Source: Pristiophorus japonicus
Taxonomy: Eukaryota
Direction of reading: 5' to 3'
Assembly: GCF_044704955.1 (NCBI RefSeq)
Contig: NC_091999.1
Coordinates: 29,140,001-29,204,000 of the forward strand
DNA: 64,000 nt
The notes below the pieces were generated by a model, which was not told the DNA's origin, did no database searches, and saw only the letters and a list, made by a program, of their open reading frames with translations. Positions 51,240-64,000 of this stretch are shown here, piece by piece. Position numbers and translations under genes: made by a program. The stretch's first letter is position 1; every line of letters starts with the position of its first letter.

Positions 51240-52405
51240 TGCTGGGTCCACTATTGTTCACAATTTATGTTGACAGTTTAGATTTTGGAGTCAAAAACAC
51301 AACTTCTAAATTTCCGAATGCACGTGGGGCGGGCAGGTCGGGGTGTAAATACTATGGAACACTGCAACGAATTACAAGAATACATGAATTGACTAATTAA
51401 TGTCAACACAGACAATTATGGGGTATTACATTTTGCTAAGAAAAATAAAGAGGTCACTTATCACGTTTAAAATAAGAATCTAAGTGGGATGGTGGAACAA
51501 AGGTCTCTGAGAGGGCAAATGCACACATCACTAAAAGTTGCGACGTAGGTTAATAATTCCATAAAAAGAAGAATACCTGAACTCGGGTTTATTTCGAGGG
51601 GGAAAGTATTGAAAAGTGCAAAAGTTATGCTAAACTTGGTTAGACCACACTTGAAGTACTTTGTATAATTGACCCAATTCCCCGCCCTTTCCCCGAAGCC
51701 CTGCATTTGTTTCCATTCAGATATGTGGATAGTGCAGGGAAGTGCAGTTGAGGTAGAAGATCAGCCATGATCCCGTTGAATGACAGAGCAGGCTCGAGGA
51801 ACCGTATGGCCTAATCCTGCTCCCAATTCTAATGTTCTTATGTTCTGATTTTCTCGTAAATATGGACATTACATACTCAATCTCTCCTCACAGGACAGCA
51901 CCACCCCCATCCCCGCACCCCCTCCACCCCCGCTGCCGTCCCTGGAATCAGGTCAGTCTGATGAACCTTAGATGCACTCTCTCCAAAGCAAGTGTATCCT
52001 TCCTTCGGTAAGGAGTACACAACTGTACACAATATACCAGGTGTAGTGTCAGCAGGGCCCTATATATGTGCATGAAGGCTTCTTTGCTCGAATACTCCAA
52101 TCCCTTTGCAATAAAATGTTGCTTACCAGTTGCGTTCCGAATTGCTCACTTTGGCTCGATTTTAGCTTTCTGTGATTCGTGTACAAGGCCATCCAAGTCT
52201 TTCTGAATAACAACATTACCCAGTTTCTCAGCATTCAAAAAATATTCTGCGTTTCTATTTGTCCTACAAAGGTGCGTAACTTCACACTTCTCCACATTAC
52301 ACTCAAGCTGCCATGTTCTTGCCCACTCACTTAACCTGTCAATATCCCTTTGCAGCCTCCTTACTTCTTCCTCACTGTTTACTGTACCACCTATCTTTGT
52401 ATTGT
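51240..52405. mobile_element. Mosaic of decayed CR1 fragments in both orientations
   Basis: CR1 RT and 3' UTR motifs: LGPLLF, LVRPHLKY, and minus-strand LEYCVQ-like blocks. Confidence 0.7.
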
Positions 52406-53451
52406 ACAGTACGATAATTTAAGTCATTTTCTATACACGTGTAGAAGCTCTAACAATCTTTTTTTCGGTTTTTGATAGCTTATTTAATTTTATATTTTCT
52501 CCCATATTCTCAGTTGCATGTGCATCTTTTGCAGAATTCTAAAATCTTCCCAATTGTCGGGCTTACTACTCTTTTTGTCAACATTCTAAACCTGTTCATT
52601 TAATCCACTACTATCTTTAACTTCCCTTGTTAGCCATGGTTGCACCATTTCTCCTGTGAGGTTTTTATTTCATTATGGAAGTTTATCTAATCTGACGGCT
52701 CTGTGTGATGGGCTGAAGGTGAATTTGCAACAATAATTTTGATATTCCGCCCTTGATACTTCCTGATCATCTGCTCTAAAAAAAATCCTCTGGGTAAAGG
52801 TTCAAGCAAGTTGTTGTGGTTGGAATTATGAATCATGTTTAAATAAGCTCTGGGGCTTGCAGTAAATATCGTTTATCAGCAGGTGGCGACAGTGATCATA
52901 TTGATACATCAGTCATGTGGAGACGGATGTTGCTGAGCATTTCAGTCACCGTCTGCATTGTCAAAACAAGTAAAACAATATAATTAATGCTTCTCATTCA
53001 GTCAAATTTGAAGGGAGCATGTATCCTTAGAAATAATCTGAAGGGCAAATAAAGATTGCATTTATTTCAATCCACATTTTCGGAAGATTGTCGGGCTCTT
53101 GCCGAAGATGCAGAGGAGATTGCTACAAGGCAGAGGGAGTTCAGTTATGTGGAGACGAGAGAGGATGGGATTATTCTTATTATAGCAGGGAATGCTTCGG
53201 GGGGAATTAAAATTGTGAAGGGGTTTCATAGAGTTGATATTAAGGTAGGGTTTCCATCGGCAGGTCTATCGGTAACCAGAGGACAAATATTGAGATGATT
53301 GATAAAATAAATAAAAGACGGGAGATAAGGAGATTTTTTATGCAGCGAGTTGTAATAACTGGAATGTCGTGCTTGAAAGGGTTATGGCAGCAGATTCAAT
53401 CATAACTTTCAAATAGGGAAATCAATATATATTTGAAAAGGAAAGATGATC

Positions 53452-56400
53452 TGGTGTAATAAAATGAGAGACAGTGTCGAGGATAATATAAACAGAGACA
53501 GTGCCTGGCGTAATATAAAAAGAGACATGGTCTCGTGTAATATAAACTGAGACAGAATCTACTGTAATGTAAACAGAGACAGGGTCGAGTGTAATATAAA
53601 CAGGGATAGTGTCTGGAAGAATATAAAGAGAGACAGGGTCTCGTGTAATATAAACAGAGACAGGGTCCAGTTTAATATAAACAGAGACAGGGTCTAGTGT
53701 AATATAAACAGGGATAGTGTCTGGAAGAATATAAACAGAGACAGGGTCTACTGTAATATAATAAGAGACAGTGTCTAGTTTAATATAAACAAAGACAGGA
53801 TCTAATGTAATATAAACAGAGACAGGGTCTAGTTTAATATACACAGAGACAGGGTCGAGTAATGTAAACAGAGACAGGGTCTAGTGTAATATAAACAGAG
53901 ATAGGTTATAATTTAATATAAACAGAGACACGGTGCAGTGTAATGTAAACAGAGACAGGGTCTCGTGCAATATAAACAGAGTCACGGTTTCGTGTAATAT
54001 AAAGAGAGACAGGGTTTAGTGTAATATAAACTGGGACAGGGTCTAATGTAGTATAAACAGAGACAGGGTCTAGTGTAATATAAACTGGGACAGGATCTAG
54101 TGTAATATAAACAGGGACAGGGTCTAGTGTAATATAAAAAGAGACTGGGTCTAGTACAATATAAACAGAGACAGGGTCTTGTGTAATATAAAGAGAGACA
54201 GGGACTCGGGTAATATAAACAGAGACTGGCTCTAGAGTAATATAAACAGAGACAGGGTCTAGTGTAATATAAACTGGGACAGGGTCTAGTGTAATATAAA
54301 CAGGGACAGGGTCTAGTGTAATATAAACAGAGACAGAGTCTAGTGTAATATAAACAGAGACAGGGTCTTGTGTAATATAAACAGAGACAGGGTCTCGGGT
54401 AATAAGTGTAATATAAAGAGGGACAGAGTCTCGTGTAATATAAAAAGAGACGGGGTCCAGTGTAATATTGGATAGAAGTACAGATAGATGGATAGAAGTA
54501 AGAATCGACGGACGGACGGACAGACGGATGGACCGACCAACCGAACGACAGACAGACAGACAGACAGATAGACAGTCAGACAGACATGAAGATTTGCATG
54601 GCTGGAATGTTGCTATCAAATTACTCTTGACATTCTATATGTTTAAATTACTCTAGACCCTATTTAATTATAACTGCACTCGACCATCTCTCTATTCAGA
54701 TTGCCCAATGCCCTGTCTCAGCTATTACCGCACTTGTCTCAAGATCTATTTTATTACTGTAGATCCTGTCTCAGTTACACTGCACTAGACATGGTCTCTG
54801 TTTATATTATGCTAGGCTCTGTATCAGTTATCACATTTCTAGACCCTCCGTTATAATACATTAGAACCTGTCTCAGTTACTACTGAACTCGACGCTGTCT
54901 CTGTTTATATTACCGTACACCCTGTTTCTGTCAATATTTCACTAGTCCCTGTCTCTCCTTATTTTACATTAGACACTGTCTCAGTTTATATTGCACTATA
55001 ATATGTAAATGTTTCTAATACAATAGATCATGTATTAGTTATTATTAGAGCACGATCTCCTTTATTATATTATGTTAGACATTGTCACTCTTTATATTAT
55101 ACTATCTCCTGTCTCTTTATAATAGATTGGTAGATTGGTCCTTTCTCTGTTTATATTACACTAGACCTTGTCTCTATTTATATTACACTGGACCCTGTCT
55201 CTATTTATATTGCACCCGACCCTGTCTCTATTTACTATTAAACTAGACCCTGTTTTTTTTATATTACATTAGACCCTGTCTCTGCTTATATTACACGAGA
55301 CCCTGTATTTTCTGTATTACACTAGACACGGTCTCTGTTTATATTAGACTAATCCCTGTCTCTGTTTATGTTACGCTAGACACTGCCTCTATTTATATTA
55401 CACAAGACGCTGTGTCTGTTTATTTTACACTAGACCTTGTCACTATATCCTCACTCTGTCTATGTTACAATTGGACCTGTCTCGGTTATTACTGCACTGG
55501 ACCCTGGGGTATAGATGTGTCTATATAGGTCAAATCGACGAATCCGTGTTGCTGAGGGTCAGAGGTCGCACTGATTTAGCTATGGCGACAAAGTCACGTT
55601 GAAGACGCTGCATTGTTGTGAACAATGACGTCGCCCATTGTTTACGTGTTGCTGACGTGATGATGTCAAACAGGTAAAAACGAAATGCAATATACAGGAA
55701 GTTGCACTGATAATACAATTTTCCTGGGATAGTGATGTCACACTGTGCCATCAAACATTCGCAGGGCAGGTACAGCGCGGATCTATGCAGAGAAATGCTC
55801 CCTTGATGCTGTCCCATCAAACAGTCCCAGCTCAGGTACAGCACGATTCGAGAAACAGTAAACGTCCCTCAACACCGTCACATCAAACACTCCCAAGGCA
55901 GGTACAGCACGGTTTAGATAGAGAGTAAAGCTTGCTCTACACCGTCCCATCAAACTCTCCCACGGCAAGTACAACACTGGTCTATACAGAGTAAAGCTCC
56001 CTCCACACTGTCCCAGCAAACACTCCCAGGGCAGATATAGCACGGGTTTACTACAGAATAAAGCCCCCTCTACACCGTGCCCTGTTCTTAATTCTTATGT
56101 TCTTATGTACACTACACCCTGTCTCTGTTTATGTTACACTAGGCCCTGTCTCTGTTTACAGTACACTCGACCATGTTCCTGTTCATATTACACTCGAATC
56201 TGTCTCTGCTTATATTAAATTATACCCTGTCTTTGTTTAATGGCCTCTAGGCCCTGACTCAGTTATCATTCTGCTAAACCATGTTTCTCTTTACATTACA
56301 TTCAACTGTATCTCTGTCTATATAAAGTAGGGCCCTGTCTTAGTTATTCCTGCACTAGATCCTGCCTTTTTTTATATATTACTCTCGCCCATGTCTCTGT

Positions 56401-57472
56401 TTATATTACACTAGACCCTGTCTCTGTTTATATATTAGACTAGACTTGTCTTTATTTATATTACACTAGGCCCTGCCTATATTTATATTACACAGACCCT
56501 GTCTCTGTTTATATTGCACTCGACCCTCTTGCTGTTTAAATTACACTGGACGTTGTCACTGTTTATATCATACCAGACGCTGACACTGTTTATATTGCAC
56601 TAGATCCTGTCCCCATCTAAAAAAGGACGTAGACAAAAAGCAGTAAACTATAGACGAGTTTGTCTAAAATCTGTCGTTGGGAAAATGCTGGAGTCTAAGG
56701 ATCAGTAACGGGACAATTACAAAAGCATAATTCAATCAGGCAGAGTCTGCATGGTTTTATGAAAGGGAAATCATGTTTGACAAATTTGATGGATTTCTTT
56801 AAGTAAGGATGTAACGAGCTGGGTGGATGAAGTAGATTGGTAGATTGGTCCTGTCTCTGTTTATATTACACTAGACCACGTCTCCATTTATATTACACTA
56901 AACCCTCTCTCTGTTTATATTTCACTAGATCCTGTCACTGTTTATATTACACTAGGCCATGTCCCTGTTTATATTACACTAGGCAATGTATCTGTTTATA
57001 TTGCACTAGACACTGCCTCTGTTTATATTCCACTAGACCCTGTCTCTGTTTATATTACACTAGGCCCTGTTGCTGTTTATATTACAGTAGACCGTGTCTC
57101 GGTTTACATTACACTCGATCCTGTCTCGGTTTATAATACAATGGACCCTGTCTCAGTTTATTTTACACTAGGCTCTGTCCCTGTTTACGTTATGTTAGGC
57201 CTGTCTCTCTTTATGTTATACTAGACCTTGTCTAATTTCATATTACACTAGACCCTGTCTTTGTTTAAATTACACTAGACCCTGGCCCTGTTTATATTGC
57301 ACTCGACCCTGTCTCTGTTTATATTACACACGGCCCTGTCCTTGTTTATATTACACTAGACCCTGCTGCTGTTTACATTAAACTAGGCTCTGTCCCTGCT
57401 TATATTACGTTATACCTTGGCTCTCTTTATACTGCACTAGACCCTGTCTATGTAATATTACACTCGACTCTG
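53452..57472. repeat. 27-bp satellite arrays (ACACTAGACCCTGTCTCTGTTTATATT) in both polarities
   Basis: Reverse polarity at 53452-54467; forward polarity at 54640-55505, 56108-56612 and 56833-57472; further degenerate blocks at 60060-60305 and 63430-63990. Confidence 0.92.
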
Positions 57473-58419
57473 TGAGGATGCAATACATTTTTTGGTTTGA
57501 AGTATATGTTTAGTTTTGTTAACAGCTATCAAGAGCTGTCTGCAATTTCTGCTTGATTTGGTATTGTTTCGTTAATATTTGTGTTGAGAAGATGTGGTGA
57601 ATTTTGTAACAATGTCCAAGAGGTGGACTGGGATTGAGGGACAGGAGTGAAGGTGTGCAATAGTGCACTGCACTTTGTACTACTTAGTGGCACTCTTTGT
57701 CTTAAAGGTTACTAATTTACACGTGTGTTGTCCTGTGCCAATTACTCCAAGTTCTTTAATATTAAGGATTGTTTTTCCTGCAGTATTTGCTAGTTCGCTG
57801 TCACGTGACCCACTGATTATGTCAGACAGAGCCTGGAAACTTGACCTAACAGCACTGCCGGATGGGCGGCCGCGTGGTCCTAATATCCACCTGAACGAAT
57901 TCTCTCATCTCGTTAAGATGAACAACTGAAAAGAGCACACACAAAGTTTTTCCTATATGTGTATGTGTATGTGTATGTGTGTGTGTACAAAACACATCAT
58001 TCATTATGTGTGCATTACACAAAGATAAATGATTAGCTTCAACCATTATTTTTCAGCATTTTATTGTATTCAAAATGCAATTGCATGTCGTTTAATAACT
58101 TTAAAATTTATTGATAACCCATTGTCCTGTATGCTCTTGTTTAGAAAGTGATGTCACACTGACCATTCCGTTACCAAGGTGACCATGTCTGTCGTTGTAT
58201 TCAGTGGGAAAGGGGATTAAATCCCACCGAGTATAATCAGCAGCCCCCCGCTTTATTGTCTAGTGATAACCTCACCGTCACACAGAAGTTCCTGAGATTT
58301 ACCTCTACTGTGGATGATTAGTGTAAGTTTTGGTAAAAATGAAAATGCACCTGTACCTGGCATGAGGTTAATAAATCTATAATTGTCTGATGAGTTGTTT
58401 CTCTCGTTACACCAGACCC

Positions 58420-59570
58420 CGTCGCAGTTTTTACTGCACCAATACCCAGTCTCAGTTTATATAGTTGATGTGGTCCACTTCCAAAAGGCGTTAGATAAAG
58501 TGTCTTGATAATATCCTTGCCGGCAAAGTTGAAGCCCATAAAATAAAAAGAACAGTGGCAGCATGGATATGAAATTGGCTGAGTGACAGGAATCAAAAAG
58601 TAGTGTTTTTATTTGGACTGTAGGAAGGTATACAGTGGTATTCCGCAGCGGTAGGTAATTGGAACTCTGCTTATATTGATTTATATTCATGGCGTAGATG
58701 TTGGTGTACGGGGCACAATTTAAAATGTTCATATCATTCATGGCTTGGAAGCATAGTGAACAGTGAGGAGGATAGTGCTGACTGCAAGAGGACATAGATA
58801 TTCTGGTGGAATGGGTGGACACGTGGCAAATGAAACGGAGAAAATTTTCAAGTGATACATTTTTGTAGCATGAACGCGGAGAGGGAACATAAACGAAAGA
58901 GTACAATTCTAAAACGTGTGATGAACAGAGAAACCTGGGGGTATGTTTGCACAAATTATCGAGGATGGCAGGAAAGGTTGAGAAATTGTTTTAAAAGCAT
59001 ACGGAATCCTGGGCTTCATAAATAGAGGCATAGAATACAAAAGGAAGGAAATTATGATGAACGTGTATAAAACATTGGTTAGGCCTCAACTGGAGTATTG
59101 TGTCCAATTCTGGACACCACACTTTAGCAAGGATGTGAAGCTCTTCCAGAGGGGGCAGAAAAGATTGACGTGTTGTTCCAGGGATAAGACACTTCCGTTG
59201 TGTGGATAGACTGGAGAAGCTGGGATTGTTTGCCCTAGAGCAGAGAAGGTTGTGATCAGATTTGAGAGAGGTGTTCAGAATCATAAGGGGTCGAGACAGA
59301 GTAGCTGGAGAGAAACTGTTCCCATGAGGAAAACGTTTTTACACAGCTAGAGGTTAGGATCTGTAATGCACTGCCTGAAAGGGTGGCAGAGGGTGAGTCA
59401 TTCATGGCATTACAAAGGGAATTCGATAAGTACCTCAATTAAGAAAATTCACAGGGCTATGGGAAAGGGCGGGCGAGTGGACTAGCTGAAATACTCTTGC
59501 AGAGAGCGGCACGGGCTATATGGGCCAAATGGCCATCTTCTGTGCTGTAACCATTCTATGATTCTATAAT
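58420..59570 (+). mobile_element. CR1 LINE RT/3' fragment
   Basis: Encodes LVRPQLEYCVQFWTPHFSKDV and ends in an ATTCTATG tail. Confidence 0.8.
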
Positions 59571-59639
59571 ACAGTCTCAGTTTTTATTACACGAGACCAT
59601 ATTCCTGTTTACATTACTCCATTCACCACGTTAAATATT

Positions 59640-60030
59640 TACTACCTCCACCACTGGCGCACTATGTCTGCAGTGAGCACTATCTACAAGATGCATTGCA
59701 GCAACTCGCCAAGACTTCTTCGACAGCACTTTCTAAACCTATGACCTTTTCTAGCTAGAAGGACAAGGGCTCCGGGCTCATGGGAGCACCATCACCTCCA
59801 CATAACCCTCCAAATCACACACCATCTTAACTTGGAAAGTGATTACCTATCTTTCATAATCGCTGGGTCAAGTTCGTGGAACACCCTCCCTAACACTGTG
59901 GGAGTACCTTCACCACACGGGCTGCAGCGGTTCAAGGTGACAGTTCACCACATGCTTTTCAAGGCCAATTAGGGCTAGACAATCAATGTTAGCCTTGCCA
60001 GCGACACCTACACCCACATGCCAGCGACCA
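59640..60030 (+). mobile_element. LINE 3'-end fragment of a different family
   Basis: Decayed LHH.R...TIYKMHCSNSPRLLRQH-like coding block followed by a 3' UTR. Confidence 0.55.
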
Positions 60031-61324
60031 ATAAACAATGTCCCAGTATCATTACTTACAGCACGAGCCACTACTTCAGTTATTATTGCACTAGATACAA
60101 TAATATTGTATTAGGCCCTGTTTCAGATATTACTGGAGTATGCCATGCCTTTGTTCCTATTACTGAAGACCCTGTCTCTGCTTATAGTAAACTAGACAAA
60201 TACACTCTTTATATTACACGAGCCCAATTCTTTCATAATAATAAACTAGACCATGCCTCTGTTTCTATTAAACTAGACCCTGTCTCAGTTATTACTGCAC
60301 TAAACTATGTAACTTACAGGGCAGGTACAGCATATATCAGATACAGAGTAAAGCTGTCTCTACACAGTCCCATCAAAAACGCCCAGAGCTGGTAAAGCAC
60401 GGGTTAGATAGTGTTTAAAGATCCCTCCACATTGTCCCATCAAAAACTGCCAGATAATTAAATGCACATGTCACATTTTGGATGAAAGCTCCTTCTGCGC
60501 TTCTGATCAATTTGGTTCGAGGCATATGATTAGGGCTCAAGGAAAACGTTTGTTGGATGTTGACATCTAGTTCTGGGGGAAAGCCAATTATCCATTCTTG
60601 AGAGACAAGACGGAAAGTGGAAATAGGAGAGGGAGAGGATACAGGAAGTCTCCACTGACACATTTGTGATGTCACTATATACGGTGATTAGAATCTTTTC
60701 CCTTTCTGTCCGTGGGGATCATCTTTACTTTATTCACCTATAATTTAGAGAAATGTATCAAAAAACAGTTGTTGCTGGAATCTGTTGAGAGATTTGCATT
60801 TCTCCCTATCTTTATTTCTGTGCTGTGTTGGTGGGGAAACATTTATTGTCTTTCTGTCGCTCAATACTCTAATCTGAGACTGCTATTTCTGTGTTTATTT
60901 ACATAAACGCCTCACTGGTTCCAATGAAATGTTCATGGCAGCAAAATAAGATCAACAGACTCACTTATTGATTCTTTTCAACTCACAACAAGGGCTTATT
61001 TTAAGAATCTTGACAGTTGGTAGACAAAATTATACATATCTCGAACAATGACGTTGGCTTTCGTTTTGTTCAATTAGAACAGATGTGATTTATATGAAAG
61101 GAAATAAATTTAAAAATGAATAATTCAGTTCTGAAAGTTCTGCTGCCAAACTCAGTGGAACATCTCTGAACAGGCTGCTATTCCACTGGATCTCCATTCA
61201 GTGGAATACTTAATCCATTGAAACTTAATACGTTAAAGCAGTGAGCAGAGGAGTGTCGGACAATCACAGTAATATCTGAGCTTTTCACATATCACAACAT
61301 GTGTTTTCCAATGTTGACATTTAG

Positions 61325-61785
61325 AAACACCTTACATTTATATAGCACCTTTAATGACCTCAAGTTGTCCCAAAGTGCTTTACAGCCAATGATTTATTTC
61401 GGAAGTGTGGTCACCGTTGTAATGTAGGAAACGTGGCAGCTAATTTGTGCACAGCAAGATCCCATTAACAGCAATGGTATAATGATGAGATAATCAATTT
61501 TTCAGATGTTGGTTGAGGGATACATTTTTCTGCTGGAAACCCTGGTGAACTCCTCTGCTCTTTAAGATAGTGCCATGAGTCCTTTAAATCCACCTGAATG
61601 GGAAGACGGGGCCTCAGTTTAATATCTGCCCCGAAAGACAGCACCTCTGATCATTCAGCACTCCCACAGTACTGACATCAGGCGTGTCGGTTTAGATTAT
61701 GGGCTCAGATGTCTCGAGCGGGGTTTAGTATCTGTGTCCTTCTGAGTCAGAGGCGAGAGTGATCCCGCTGAGCCGAGGCTTGAAC
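61325..61785 (-). mobile_element. DeuSINE-like SINE
   Basis: Homologous to 12695-13125. Confidence 0.75.
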
Positions 61786-64000
61786 ATATCACAGCTTGTA
61801 TTTTAAAATGCTGCCATTCAGCTCACCATGGCTGAGGTTCAAGGTCTGAGCCCAGTCTTACACCACTCTGTTTATCATCAGGCGCGAGTTCTCTTATCTT
61901 GCCTGAGATGTCATTACCACACTGGGATTTACACTGGGTCCGTAAACAAGTGTCAGTGATTCCGCAGCGAGCATCTGGAAGTGCTCGAGGCAGAAGGACT
62001 CATGGAACTTGAGATTTACATTGTGTGAGCTGCAGCATCGGAGCAGCTGGAAGCTGGAACTGTTCTCCTTAGAGCCGAGCAAGTTCTGGGCCACTTAATA
62101 GAGGTGTTCAAAATCATGGAAAGTTTTGATCGGGTAAATTGGAAGATACACCATCATTCCCTCCGACCATCCCTCCCATCCTCCACCCATCTCTCCTTCC
62201 CTCCATCCCTTCATCCCTCCCTCTCTCTATCCCTCCCGCCCGCCATACCTGCCTCCATCAATCGCTCCCTCCCTGGACCCACCTCTCCCTCCCTCCAGCC
62301 GGACTCCACCCGTCCAATACACTACATCTCCCTTGCTCCACTCCTCCCTCCCTCCATCGCTCCCTCGTGCACCCATTCCTACCTCCGTCCATCCCGCCAC
62401 CCCTCCACCTCTCCATCCATCCCTTGTTCCCTTCCTAACTCCCTCCCTCCCTCTGCCAGCCCAAACCTGTCTTTTTTCCCCTTTGCAGTATTTCTGATTC
62501 CATTGATGAGGATTCCTCAGCTGGAATTTTCTGCAGCCAATTCCTTCAACGGGCTTTCATATATATTAACAAGGGAGAGAGAGAGCAATGGCAATTATAT
62601 ATATATTTAACCTCCCCACGCCCACCTAAAAAAGCTGACAAGAATTAAAATGTTGACCTTTCCGGAGAGGGAGTTGGTTGGTGAACTGTCACAGGGTAGA
62701 AATTCTAGTTGGCACAGTCAGGATATTTTTCCTTTTTATAAAAAAAAGTAAGCGTAACAATTTTAAAAATTGTTTTAAGTCATCGTCGACTTTCAGCTGC
62801 TGTTTTTTCCTTCCCTTTCTCGCTGTTGTGGACAGGCCAGTGCCCGCCTGGAGCTCGCTGTCAGTGTGTGTACGGGACGGTAGGACCTAAGCTCTCGCTG
62901 CGCGGACAGAGTTGGAGAAGTTGGGGCTGTTCTCCTTACAGCAGAGAAGGCTGAGAGGAGATTTACCAGATTAGTACCAAGGATGAATGATGAGAAACAC
63001 TAGTTCTGCCCCAGCTGGAGTATTTTGTCCAATTCTGGGCACCACACTGTAGGAAGGACGTGAAGTCTTTCCAGAGGGTGCAGAATAAATTTACTGGAAA
63101 CGCATCAGGTATGGGGGTTACAATTATGTGGAGAGACTTGGGAAGCTGGGGTTGCTCCCCATGGAGCAGAGAAGGTTAAAAGAAGATTTAGTTGATTGGT
63201 ACCTAGATGAGGGATTTCAGTTAATGTGGAGAAACCGGAGAAGATGGTTTGTTCTTCGAGTAGAAAAGGTTAAGAGGAGATTTAGTAGATTAGTGTCAGG
63301 CATGTGATACTTCAGTTAACGTGGAGTTGAGGTCAGAGACCAGCCATGCTCTTATTAAAATGTGGAGCAGGCTTGAGGGGCCGAATGGCCTACTCTTGCT
63401 CCGAATTGTTATTTTCTTTTGTTCTTAAACAGAGACAGTGTGGATAACTCAGACAGGGCCGAGTGTAATATAAATCAGGTCCTGAGTTATGTAAACAGAG
63501 AAAAGATCTGTTTCAGTAATAAGTTATATAGGGACTTATGTAACATAAACAAAAATATGCTAAGATATAATTTAAATAAAATATGTTCTGGTGCAGAAAT
63601 AACTGAGAATGGGTCATGTGTAATATAAACATGGATATGGTCGAGTATAATATAAACTGAGGCTAGCTTGAGTACACTAATAAATTTGAAAGCGGCATCC
63701 TGCTTCAGTTATACTGATCGAGACAATGTCTCTGTTTAAAGTACAGTAGGACATGTGTTGGTTTTTGCTGCAATCGACCTTGTCTCTCTTTATATTACAC
63801 TAGACCCTGTCTCTGTTTATATTACACTAGACCCTGTCTCTGTTTACATTACACTAGACAATGTCTCAATTTATATTGCACTATACAATGTCTCTGTTTA
63901 TATTACATTAGACAATGTCGCTGTTTACATTACACTAGCCAATGTGTCCGTTAATATTACACTTGACAATGTCCCTGTCTATTTTGAATGAAGAGAGTAC

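Noticed and set aside
50992-51261. ORFs containing X runs
   Set aside because: They span the assembly gap.
53422-54619. YITLDPVSV-repeat ORFs (also 56837-57136 and 63755-63991)
   Set aside because: Translations of the 27-bp satellite.
62104-62610. 168-aa Pro/Ser-rich ORF
   Set aside because: A CR1 fragment fused to a pyrimidine-rich low-complexity tract.

Overview
Eukaryotic genomic DNA from a cartilaginous fish, most likely a shark. The evidence is shark-type IgM residues and RSS nonamers, CR1 LINEs, DeuSINE-like SINEs and shark-type C2H2 zinc-finger genes; the species cannot be fixed from sequence alone. The main gene is a complete, apparently intact IgM heavy-chain cluster on the minus strand (~32.3-49.4 kb): leader, VH, one D, JH, Cmu1-Cmu4 with secretory tail, TM1 and TM2. 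Its signal layout is V-23 / 12-D-22 / 12-J rather than the usual shark V-23 / 12-D1-22 / 12-D2-12 / 23-J. This suggests a germline D2-J fusion, and it makes direct V-to-J joining legal under the 12/23 rule. The left half holds two divergent zinc-finger pseudogenes around a CpG-rich bidirectional promoter, nested CR1 LINEs with a local inversion, and an env/LTR remnant at the window start. It also holds a truncated Gypsy element abutting a near full-length class III (ERV-L/ERV-S-like) provirus that has a miniature env ORF and mismatched flanks. Minisatellites are numerous. The right 13 kb is repeats only and includes an assembly gap.
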